DNA of 64,000 nt from a virus (taxonomy: Duplodnaviria > Caudoviricetes). The stretch is taken from IMG/VR virus record IMGVR_UViG_3300032293_001441, positions 1,948 to 65,947 of that record, one strand, 5' to 3'. Below are positions 50,135-58,831 of the stretch, in pieces. A program made the position numbers and the translations under genes. How positions within the stretch are numbered: position 1 is the stretch's first letter; each line of letters starts with the position of its first letter. A model generated the notes under the pieces. It was not told the DNA's origin and made no database searches. It was given only the letters and a program-made list of their open reading frames with translations.

Positions 50135-52933
50135 TTATCTATAAATAGCACGAATTCCTCCATCCGAACCAGTAATGTTCGTATTTGAACCTATTACTAC
50201 ACTTGTGTTGGGATCATACGAAGCAGTAAATCCGGCACGGGTAATATACCAGAAAGCACCTGCATTGTATATTCTGTGCGGAGGGTATATGGCATAATAA
50301 TCAAAACTGTAATACACCTGTGTGGCAGATAGTTTTACAATATCTCCTTCTACTATTGAAGTTTTGTCTGTAATTATCCGTTCAGTGTTTTGTCCATTTG
50401 AGTCGAGCGTGGAACTTTGCCAAAGTGGAAAACTATTTGATGTACCGTAACTCAGAGGATTTATTAATATTTTTGGATACAGAGTTGACGTTGGCGTTGG
50501 TGTAAGAGTCGAGGTTGGAGTCGGAGTCTGTGTTGTACTCGGGGTATACGTGGGTGTAGGTGTAGGAGTTTGTGTTGAAGTCGGAGTAATCGTAGGAGTT
50601 GGTGTAACACTTTCCGTAGGAGTTATTGTCGGCGTGGGAGTAATCGTAGAAGTTACTGTCGGTGTTACTGTAGGTGTTACTGTGGGGGTTACTGTTGAGG
50701 TCAGAGTAATGGTAGGAGTTGGCGTAACACTTTCCGTAGGAGTTACTGTCGGCGTAGGTGTTGGTGTAGGAGGTGGATAATATGTTTCCTCCGTTGCCTC
50801 AAAATTTTGCAAAATTTGAGCTGAATCCAACACAGAATCATAAATGAAAACTTGGCCAATATCTCCGACATATTGATAACTTCCTCCAAGATATGCACTT
50901 TGCCCAATCCACAATTCTTGACTATTTGTTACACTGCCAACATATGAATCTAATTTTGTGTTGGTTTGTGCACCGTCAACATACAAATACCAATTACTGT
51001 CATTGCGTGTAAACATGACCAAGTGCCATTGGTTATCATTGTATGTAGTTAATGTGCTGCTTAAACTAGATTGTGTGGCTCCTTGAGCCATATCCGCGAT
51101 AATTTGCCCGCCATTCAACCAAATTCTATAATTCCAAGGAGCACCGTCAGCAGTTTCCTTGCTCAAAATCATCTTTATACCACCCGCACTTGTTCTAAAC
51201 CAAGCGCCCACAGAAAAATTCTCACTTGCCAAACTTTGATTTGTATCTACGTACTCACCACTATTAAAAGTAAAATGCGTAATATTGTATGTGGGCCTTT
51301 GATCACCATCCGAACCAACCAAACTCGCCGTATATGCGTTGGTACTTAAATCATACCATTCTGTTCCGCTACCGGGATAACTCGAACCTGTTGCAGCATT
51401 AAGATATAATTGAAGTCCGCTTGTAACAACGGATATTGGCGCTGGAGTGGAGGTTGGTGTTGGCGTTGGCGTAAGAGTTGCGGTTACACTTGGTGTCGGC
51501 GTGATAGTGGCAGTTGGAGTTACTGTTGCTGTTGGCGTCGGAGTCAAGTCAACCGATGCCGAACGAAGCGGGTGAGGATATGTATATGGTTCATAATACA
51601 AGTTCCATGCAGACGCGGACCAAGTATACAGTCTACCTTGCGAACCAGTTCCGCTTTGATTCCAGCTACCCTCGTCTGTTACCCAAAATCCAACGCTCTG
51701 AGTGGTCGGCGTTGTAGCAGCCATTTCTGCCGAAGTACCAATTGTAACTCCGCCAGGCTGTGTGGTATCAAACCCGGCTTCAGCAAAAAAGTCTCGGTTT
51801 GCCCGAATCATATCATATTCTGTAAATGATGCAGTGCCAGTTTGACTTTGATATAACATGCTTGCGGAGGCAGGAACTGATTTTGTTTGACGAGGCCATA
51901 CAGATCCAGCGGCTCTATTTCCCCATACATAGTTTGGTTCACCGGCGGCAGTTTTTGGATCTTTGCTTACGCCAATCTGGTCTGTAATCGGATAATTTAC
52001 TGGCGTTTGGTATACATTTCCAAAATTTGGCCATGTTGCCAAGTATCCATAGTCGGTCAAAAAGAACCAACCATTAGATACAGCGGATGTATTATTAAAT
52101 ACCATGTTTGTACCGCCACGTAACTCAATCGCTGCCCAAAATTGAGATGAATATGTCCAAGTATTGTTATATACTTCCATGTTACGGACGCCGCGAGCAG
52201 GTGTTCCGTTGCTTGCTAATCCGTGACCATCAACCTTGATTGCACCAGTGATTGTACAATTACGCACAACCATTCTACAATTACTGTTTGCGTCACTTAC
52301 ATATCCCGCGCCGCTAAATACACAATCTTCAATAAAAATGTTATTAGCTCCGCCTAATGTATTATTACTTTGCCACGCATTATCTGGACCGCGAGCAAAT
52401 ATCAATTCACTGTTACCTGTGCCACCTGATATTCTACAATTATCAATCAATGCAGAACTTACTTTGGCACCATACATAAAATATGAAGATCCGCCGCGAC
52501 CCTCATATGTTATGTTAGTGATACGTAACCCAGCACCAGTAAAATTTATACCACCAGTAACACCACTATTATTATATGGAGAAACAACGATTGGCGTTAC
52601 TGGTCGCGTATTCGCGCCAATAATTTTCATATTGGAAAATGTAATTGCACTCCATAGATTGATTACACCGCTGTTGTATGTTGAACCATTTTCATCAATG
52701 GTAATAACAGTATCATCACCTTGACCGGTGATGGTAATAGGCAATATGAAATATATTCTACCACCATTGCCAGGATTTGAAGCAGGCGCACCCCATGTAC
52801 CAGATCCGCTAGGCAAAACAATAGTATCGCCTGCTTCTACATTTTTAACAAATGTACCATTAACTATGCCGCGATAATAACAATCTTCTATTGCAGCATG
52901 AGAACAATCAGCGAGATAATATGTATATGCCAT
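50135..52933 (-). CDS. Tailspike/adhesin-like protein: right-handed beta-helix, TP linker, LamG, TP linker
   Basis: Pectin-lyase-like repeats (FIEDCVF, VVRNCTI, EVYNNT, VFNNT), YTYPHPL, LamG domain (W.DLS, WHLVMFT, LYVDG, IYDSVL). Confidence 0.8.
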   Translation of the reverse strand: MAYTYYLADCSHAAIEDCYYRGIVNGTFVKNVEAGDTIVLPSGSGTWGAPASNPGNGGRIYFILPITITGQGDDTVITIDENGSTYNSGVINLWSAITFSNMKIIGANTRPVTPIVVSPYNNSGVTGGINFTGAGLRITNITYEGRGGSSYFMYGAKVSSALIDNCRISGGTGNSELIFARGPDNAWQSNNTLGGANNIFIEDCVFSGAGYVSDANSNCRMVVRNCTITGAIKVDGHGLASNGTPARGVRNMEVYNNTWTYSSQFWAAIELRGGTNMVFNNTSAVSNGWFFLTDYGYLATWPNFGNVYQTPVNYPITDQIGVSKDPKTAAGEPNYVWGNRAAGSVWPRQTKSVPASASMLYQSQTGTASFTEYDMIRANRDFFAEAGFDTTQPGGVTIGTSAEMAATTPTTQSVGFWVTDEGSWNQSGTGSQGRLYTWSASAWNLYYEPYTYPHPLRSASVDLTPTPTATVTPTATITPTPSVTATLTPTPTPTSTPAPISVVTSGLQLYLNAATGSSYPGSGTEWYDLSTNAYTASLVGSDGDQRPTYNITHFTFNSGEYVDTNQSLASENFSVGAWFRTSAGGIKMILSKETADGAPWNYRIWLNGGQIIADMAQGATQSSLSSTLTTYNDNQWHLVMFTRNDSNWYLYVDGAQTNTKLDSYVGSVTNSQELWIGQSAYLGGSYQYVGDIGQVFIYDSVLDSAQILQNFEATEETYYPPPTPTPTPTVTPTESVTPTPTITLTSTVTPTVTPTVTPTVTSTITPTPTITPTESVTPTPTITPTSTQTPTPTPTYTPSTTQTPTPTSTLTPTPTSTLYPKILINPLSYGTSNSFPLWQSSTLDSNGQNTERIITDKTSIVEGDIVKLSATQVYYSFDYYAIYPPHRIYNAGAFWYITRAGFTASYDPNTSVVIGSNTNITGSDGGIRAIYR

Positions 52934-52985
52934 ATTTTATATACACTATAAATATAACCATAATAGAATAGTTATATATGAATAT

Positions 52986-53636
52986 ATGGCTAAAACCGCA
53001 CCAAATAAAAAACCGAGAATACCGCAAGGAGAAACCATATTTTATATATTTAAACTGTCTGGATCAGAATATATGCTATATGATTCAAGCATGGGAGATC
53101 CGGTGCAATACGGATCGCTTAATCTTATAACAGCAAAATTGAATTTACATGCCGAAGAATTAAATAAAAAACTAAAGCCTGGTGAAAAACCAAAACAAAT
53201 ATATGCTCATAAACTTATCAGAGATGCAACGACGGGTTGGAAAATTGCAGAATCGATAAATGGTATAGATTATGAATCGCCGCCATCAAAAATACCAAAT
53301 CCAAAATATATTAACCCAAGAAAGATAAGAGGAATGGACGACGACCCAGTATTCTTTTGGATAGATATGGGTAGCATGAATTATCTATATGATATGGATA
53401 TGGGTTCGCCATTATGCTTTGGATCGCCCGCTAAAATAAAAGGTCCAATACTAATGCATGCAAAAGCATATAATTTCAGTGTTATGATGTTTCAATTTCC
53501 GCCGAAGATGATTGAACCAAAATGGAAACTTAGCATAAAATATAACACCAGCGAGCAAGAAGAAAAAAAGAAATTGGCAGAAAAGAAAAAAGAAGAAGAG
53601 ATCAACCCACAAACGCCAGTTAAAGACAACAATTAA
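52986..53636 (+). CDS. Hypothetical protein with internal duplication (plus strand; track label is wrong)
   Basis: atggctaaaaccgca at 52986 reads MAKTA on the + strand; TAA at 53634-53636. Confidence 0.8.
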   Translation: MAKTAPNKKPRIPQGETIFYIFKLSGSEYMLYDSSMGDPVQYGSLNLITAKLNLHAEELNKKLKPGEKPKQIYAHKLIRDATTGWKIAESINGIDYESPPSKIPNPKYINPRKIRGMDDDPVFFWIDMGSMNYLYDMDMGSPLCFGSPAKIKGPILMHAKAYNFSVMMFQFPPKMIEPKWKLSIKYNTSEQEEKKKLAEKKKEEEINPQTPVKDNN

Positions 53637-55039
53637 ATTGCGTTGGCGGGTAGACCGTATGACACATTGACAAACTTGACGAAAGTTGAATATTTCTCCT
53701 TGCGAACAGGTTTAGAATACCACCACCTCAACTGATGAAACAGGTTATCGTAAAATGAATCCGCGATATCCTTGGTCACATCTTTCGGTTCAATTGGAAT
53801 TTCTGGCTCATTCAATTTATTGCCGCGTTTTACCATTTGCAGTCCGTATACATCCCCACTTTTCTTTTTTTCCGCAAGATTTTTGAATAATTCTTGTATA
53901 TCTTTTTCCTTGGGGGGCAATGTAAGATTTCCTCTTCCGCCGATTTCAACGCCAATATCTCCAAGAATTTTCGCAAAAGAATTCATAGTTTCACTATTAT
54001 TAGTATTCAGTGATATTCCCCTATAAAACGGTCTCCACGCCGCATATTCAAAATCACTGGCCGATACCTTTACTGGCTTGTCAAGAAACTCGCTGCTCGT
54101 TATTTTCGCCGTCACGGCATCAAACTTCTTCTTCACATCCGCCGCGTCAAAATTAGGATCTCTATTCACAAATGCATCATATGCAATTGCCAACATTTTT
54201 TTGTAAAATTCAGGATCCATTTCCTTGAATGTAGAAAAAATATAACGAGCAAGTCCTTTTGCATCACCATTGTTTACATCGTTCATGAATTTCACGAAGA
54301 ATTTCTTCTTCAATGGTTCTGAATTTTTACTGGTTTCCCAATTTTCATCTGAACCCGATTCTTGATAATACTCACTGTGCAGTGTACGAATCGCGCTTAA
54401 CAAGTCTGGATAATATTCAATTGGGCGCTTTGAATGCTGAACCCGTCGCGTTCCTGTTCCTCCTACTGCATATCCCTTCGTAGAAACATCCGCTGATATA
54501 TATTTTTCTGGAGGCAAGCCACCAATGCCAGTCTGGGCAATCGCCGCTCTTAATCTTATGATCTCGTCATAATCCTCTGGTGATTGTTCTCCGACCTCCG
54601 ACTTGCGTGCAAGATTTTTTTCAGCCGCGCTTAATTTATTATATAAAAGATTTCGTCTATAGTTCTTAACAAGATATTGCACAAAATGCAACATCTCATG
54701 TTCTATAACATCATATACTGCCCTTCTACCCTGCATGAGGTCAATAGTTATCAACCCAATATTATATTGTATTTTCTCTGAACTAAAGAAACTGTTATTT
54801 TTCTGACCACTAAATGAAAGAATTATCTTTGGCTTTGGTTCCAAACTGTTCAAAAACTCATATCTTGATCCACTAAAATCGATATCAAATGTCTGATCTG
54901 GAAAATTCTTGCTTGTTACTCTTTTTACATCACCCTGTCTAAACTTATCATATGCATTGTAATATGCATCAATAATACCTTGATATATATTCTGCGGAAG
55001 ATGAAAATATCCTTCTTTAATTACATTAACGGGTTTCAT
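53633..55039 (-). CDS. HExxH zincin-like protein
   Basis: VIEHEMLHFVQ and downstream HSKRPIEYYP. Confidence 0.65.
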   Translation of the reverse strand: MKPVNVIKEGYFHLPQNIYQGIIDAYYNAYDKFRQGDVKRVTSKNFPDQTFDIDFSGSRYEFLNSLEPKPKIILSFSGQKNNSFFSSEKIQYNIGLITIDLMQGRRAVYDVIEHEMLHFVQYLVKNYRRNLLYNKLSAAEKNLARKSEVGEQSPEDYDEIIRLRAAIAQTGIGGLPPEKYISADVSTKGYAVGGTGTRRVQHSKRPIEYYPDLLSAIRTLHSEYYQESGSDENWETSKNSEPLKKKFFVKFMNDVNNGDAKGLARYIFSTFKEMDPEFYKKMLAIAYDAFVNRDPNFDAADVKKKFDAVTAKITSSEFLDKPVKVSASDFEYAAWRPFYRGISLNTNNSETMNSFAKILGDIGVEIGGRGNLTLPPKEKDIQELFKNLAEKKKSGDVYGLQMVKRGNKLNEPEIPIEPKDVTKDIADSFYDNLFHQLRWWYSKPVRKEKYSTFVKFVNVSYGLPANAI

Positions 55040-55053
55040 GCTATAGATAAATA

Positions 55054-55593
55054 TTATTTAACTCTTGTATCCTTAATAGGAAAAGGTATTTCACCAGAAG
55101 TTTCGCCTTTTAACACATTTGGCCAGACACCTTTATAATAATCAAAACTATTAGGATCACCCTGTTCATTCCAGCGTATTGCCATACCTTTCTTTGAACC
55201 ATTTGATGTCAAAACAACCGGCATACTTCTTACACCCATAATCTTTAGTGATAATGCGCGATGTCTGCCATCATGATTTGTCGCTTTTGATGTTCCCTGC
55301 CCATCATGCTCAAAAGACAATTGCGGCAAACTGCTCATTTTTACACCACTATTCATCAAAGATCTTATCTCATTTGCTCTTTCATGAAATTTATTCAAGG
55401 CATTACTTGGCATACGCTGCGCCACGGTCAAAAATTCATCAGGCGACATATATGCAATAATACTTCTTGATTTGCCATCTGTCATACCATTTGCTATATT
55501 CCATGCACTTTCGCTAAAATATATATCACCATCATTACCACTACTACTAAGTTCTGATGATTCAGATAACAAAGATATTAAAGATATATGCAT
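55054..55593 (-). CDS. ParB/Srx-like domain protein
   Basis: MSPDEFL, HDGRHRALSL...MPV motifs. Confidence 0.65.
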   Translation of the reverse strand: MHISLISLLSESSELSSSGNDGDIYFSESAWNIANGMTDGKSRSIIAYMSPDEFLTVAQRMPSNALNKFHERANEIRSLMNSGVKMSSLPQLSFEHDGQGTSKATNHDGRHRALSLKIMGVRSMPVVLTSNGSKKGMAIRWNEQGDPNSFDYYKGVWPNVLKGETSGEIPFPIKDTRVK

Positions 55594-55598
55594 ATGTT

Positions 55599-56042
55599 CT
55601 AATGAGAGTCTATATACATATCAAACTTATTAGCATCGCCGTCTAGTTTGCTTATTACAATATGAGTAGTATCAAATTTTATATTAGGCTTCTTTTTCCA
55701 ATTATATCCAGCACCAGTTTCATATATGCTATATGGTATATCAATAGTATATACCCCCTCACTAAATTTGGCAACAATATATACATGCTGCTCATCTGTT
55801 GCACATACCGGACTATATTCTATCCCAATACTATTTAACACGTCACCCATACTATCTGCAATAAGATGACATATTCCACCACTACCAACTTCTTCATCAT
55901 ATCCATCACTATTCAATGCCCAACCATCATATTCTTTTTGAGCAGCATCTACCATCTTTAAAAGAATATCCTTGGTTAATATCTTTATGCTCTTTATATC
56001 ATCTTCATTTTCTTTTAACAAACTCTTAAGTAGTATATGCAT
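55599..56042 (-). CDS. Hypothetical protein
   Basis: Start refined to MHILLKSLLKE; GGICHLIAD...HVY motif suggests a Cys/His (papain/transglutaminase-like) site. Confidence 0.65.
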   Translation of the reverse strand: MHILLKSLLKENEDDIKSIKILTKDILLKMVDAAQKEYDGWALNSDGYDEEVGSGGICHLIADSMGDVLNSIGIEYSPVCATDEQHVYIVAKFSEGVYTIDIPYSIYETGAGYNWKKKPNIKFDTTHIVISKLDGDANKFDMYIDSH

Positions 56043-56099
56043 ATACAATATATATAAAAATTCATATAAAAAAATATCCCCTGTGGTAATTTGCAAAAA

Positions 56100-56445
56100 T
56101 AAAACTGTATATACAAAAATCCTATAACTAAATTTTCAAAATTTTAAAATTTAAAAAATAGGGGATATAATGTAAAAAACTATATAAGGAAAAAAGGATA
56201 ATAAACAGATACAGGATTATAAGGTGTTATATATGAATTATAAAGGTTAGATAATTGTGTATATATGAAAGTGTAGCAAAAAAATTGACTTCAAGTATAA
56301 AACGCATTACCCCGCCCCCCACCTCCCCCCCACCTCCCCACCTAGAAGACACCTAGACCGGCACCTACGCGGGGGGGTGGGGGGTTGTCAAGCCTTTTTT
56401 TCAACCCCCACCCCCACGGGGGGAGGGTGGGTGGTCACCGAATGT
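56100..56445. other. Non-coding AT-rich block plus C/G tracts (origin or terminus candidate)
   Basis: About 200 bp A/T-rich, five CACCT repeats, G-quadruplex-type tracts; boundary of a compositional shift. Confidence 0.45.
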
Positions 56446-56460
56446 TCTTGACTACCTCAT

Positions 56461-56501
56461 AAAAAAAGTATGGGGCGGGAGGCTCTCACCCCTCCCGCCC
56501 C
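56461..56501 (-). terminator. Intrinsic terminator
   Basis: GGGGCGGGAGG/CCTCCCGCCCC stem plus T7 on the minus strand. Confidence 0.8.
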
Positions 56502-56508
56502 GATTCAC

Positions 56509-57123
56509 TCAGACCTCGACCTCGGTCCCTCCGCAGCGGAGGGATTGCATCGCGCCCGCGTCCAGACAGAGGGACCGATACTTCGAGATTGAAAGTTGCT
56601 TGCGAATCGCGTCCTTGGCAATCGTCAGGGGACGCGACTTGACAACCTTGTGCGTCCCCGCCTCCAGCACCTTGCGGGAGACGACAATCCCTCGCAGTTC
56701 AAAGGTGCCGTCATCGAACACGCTGACCCCGTTGCCAACGCTCGCATAGCGGTTGCGCTTGGTGTAACTGTCATTCTGTTCGCCCCGCTTGGCGTTCTCC
56801 AGCGTGTTTCGCAGAGACCGCAGCACCTCGGCCTTCGCCTTGCGGTCGAGGCTTCCCCGCACGTTGTCCACCGGCTTCACCGCCCGCGCTTCCGCCAGCG
56901 ACTTGCGGACCAAGTTTCCGTAGTCCCCGCCAACGAGGACCGTGTACCGGCTGACCTCCCCGCTTTCCTTGGCGCGGTAGGTGACCCCAACGAACTTGGC
57001 GCCGGTGATGCCCATCCGGTTGAGCAGCGCGACAATCGCGTCCGAAGCGGAGAGGGAGGAGGGAGCAACCGTCGCGACGGCGCGGGCGGCGGCGGCAATG
57101 GCGGAGGTAGTGGCGGAGTTCAT
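56509..57123 (-). CDS. Hypothetical early protein (GC-rich)
   Basis: Start refined to MNSATTS; strongly GC-biased codons. Confidence 0.75.
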   Translation of the reverse strand: MNSATTSAIAAAARAVATVAPSSLSASDAIVALLNRMGITGAKFVGVTYRAKESGEVSRYTVLVGGDYGNLVRKSLAEARAVKPVDNVRGSLDRKAKAEVLRSLRNTLENAKRGEQNDSYTKRNRYASVGNGVSVFDDGTFELRGIVVSRKVLEAGTHKVVKSRPLTIAKDAIRKQLSISKYRSLCLDAGAMQSLRCGGTEVEV

Positions 57124-57325
57124 TTGTGAGAGTGTCTCGGTTCGGCGCGGGTCGCGGCGTCGTTGCTGCGTTGCCCTCACCTACCCTCGACGCAACACAT
57201 CATTCAGATTTTCTATCCCTTGTCGATTTCTTTTTTAGAAAAAGTGAGCAGGCCAAAATTGACCTTGACAGATTCAATAAAAGTCTACTCGTGTTTGAGT
57301 GGACTTTTTTTATTGTGTCAATGAG

Positions 57326-57362
57326 AATGGGCGTCAAGCGAGCTATCAACTTGACGCCCATT
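57326..57362. terminator. Hairpin / putative terminator
   Basis: AATGGGCGTCAAG...CTTGACGCCCATT 13-bp inverted repeat. Confidence 0.55.
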
Positions 57363-57453
57363 CAATGACCCCACCGGAGGGGCGATTGAAACCGGCGGGA
57401 AACTCTAGTGGTGCAGCCTCTCCACGGCGGAGAGGCTGCGACCGTTGCGGGGG

Positions 57454-57753
57454 TTAGTCGAGCACGTTGAAATACGCCTCCTTGTCCAACTTCAAGACCA
57501 GGTAGCGGGCGCGGTCGTAGATGCCGATTGCAACCGGCTTGCGGTTGTACGACATCTTGCCGCTCATCGCGTAGTTGTTGTACGCGACTTGCGCGAAGCG
57601 GATGAGCGCCGCCGCCAGCGGGGTAGTGGTCACGCGGTGAGCGTTCCACGGGTTGACCACCTCGGTGGACTGGTCGGAGATGACCAGACCGTAGTCGGCG
57701 GTCAACTTGTTGACCAGATTCGTCTCGGGCTTGGTGAGGGTGATGTTGTTCAC
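57454..57753 (-). CDS. Hypothetical early protein
   Basis: 99 aa, GTG start, GC-biased codons. Confidence 0.7.
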   Translation of the reverse strand: MNNITLTKPETNLVNKLTADYGLVISDQSTEVVNPWNAHRVTTTPLAAALIRFAQVAYNNYAMSGKMSYNRKPVAIGIYDRARYLVLKLDKEAYFNVLD

Positions 57754-57886
57754 GATGCAGACCCTAGCAGATTTTTTATTTTTAACAAGGATATTCTTTC
57801 AGTTTATCCCAGAAAGTTCAAATGCCACTTTTGGTATTGACATTTTAATAAAAGTATGAATGGAGTCGCCATTCGATACTTTGAGC

Positions 57887-57924
57887 AAAGGAAGAGGAAG
57901 GGGCTTGCGCTCCCCCCCCCCCCC
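57887..57924 (-). terminator. G-run/pyrimidine hairpin with GCAA tetraloop
   Basis: Minus-strand RNA G13-A-GC-GCAA-GC-CCCUUCCUCUUCC-UUU, directly after a stop codon. Confidence 0.55.
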
Positions 57925-57931
57925 ACCTAAA

Positions 57932-58219
57932 TTAAACCAACTCCTCGACTTGCGCCGCCTCTGCGGCTTCAGCCTGCAAGCGAGCGACCTTGACCGCTTC
58001 CTTGACCAGGCGGGCATAGGTAGATGCATTTCCCGCCTTGATGGTGTATTCGTCCGTATCAATGCCGTGCAGATCAAACGCCTCCGTCGCGGCGGCAGCG
58101 TCATCCACCCAGACCGTCTGCGACGGGCTGTCGATGAACAGGTGAATGTTGCTCAAATCCAGAGCGACCGTGCCATACTTGAACAGGGTGGCGTTCTTGA
58201 ACGAGATAACGTGCTTCAT
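57932..58219 (-). CDS. Hypothetical early protein
   Basis: 95-aa ORF, GC-biased codons. Confidence 0.7.
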   Translation of the reverse strand: MKHVISFKNATLFKYGTVALDLSNIHLFIDSPSQTVWVDDAAAATEAFDLHGIDTDEYTIKAGNASTYARLVKEAVKVARLQAEAAEAAQVEELV

Positions 58220-58337
58220 ATCTAGGTTGTTAGATCAATCAGGAACCAAGCGTTGTGCTTGGTTGTCATTCCATCTTGATCCAACGAAAGTAAGAGATCA
58301 GAAAAAAATAAAATGTCCAGAAGAAAATGGAAGTATC

Positions 58338-58544
58338 TTACTTGATAAATCCTGCTGCCTTTAGACGCAACTCTGTGTCAAACTTGGCTTTTTCACGCAT
58401 AAAGCCAGCAACATCAGACTCTTCCCACAAGCCACCGCCGCGCTCCCAGCGGGCAGCAGGATCACCATACTTCTGCTCTGGATAGCACCGCTTAAAGCCA
58501 TAGTCTTCTGCCAGAGCAATCAGATGCGAGTTTGTTAGCGTCAT
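58338..58544 (-). CDS. Hypothetical early protein (leaderless)
   Basis: 68 aa; ATG 6 nt after the promoter -10. Confidence 0.7.
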   Translation of the reverse strand: MTLTNSHLIALAEDYGFKRCYPEQKYGDPAARWERGGGLWEESDVAGFMREKAKFDTELRLKAAGFIK

Positions 58545-58582
58545 AACAGTAGACTACCTAAATTTTATAAAAAGTCAAGCAC

Positions 58583-58792
58583 TTACTTCCGATTGAGCCA
58601 AGTAATGGTCTTGTCCACTACCTTGAACATACCGGCTCCAATTACCCCTACCAAAACAATAACAGGGCCAAGGGCCAGTACCAACTTGAGCAACGAGACA
58701 TTTTTGATGCTCAAATCGTCGGGCAGGCTGAATAATACAAACATACCGAACACAGTCCAAAGTACGAGGGTGGCGATAAGGATGGTAGTCAT
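58583..58792 (-). CDS. Small membrane protein
   Basis: Two hydrophobic helices. Confidence 0.7.
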   Translation of the reverse strand: MTTILIATLVLWTVFGMFVLFSLPDDLSIKNVSLLKLVLALGPVIVLVGVIGAGMFKVVDKTITWLNRK

Positions 58793-58831
58793 CTTGGATA
58801 GTACTGTGATAGATTTTATAGAAATGTCAAG

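Noticed and set aside
889-52724. Numerous short + strand ORFs in the track
   Set aside because: They are antisense shadows of long minus-strand genes with recognisable motifs.
52986-53636. ORF track lists this gene on the minus strand
   Set aside because: The given protein is encoded on the plus strand (ATG at 52986, TAA at 53634-53636).
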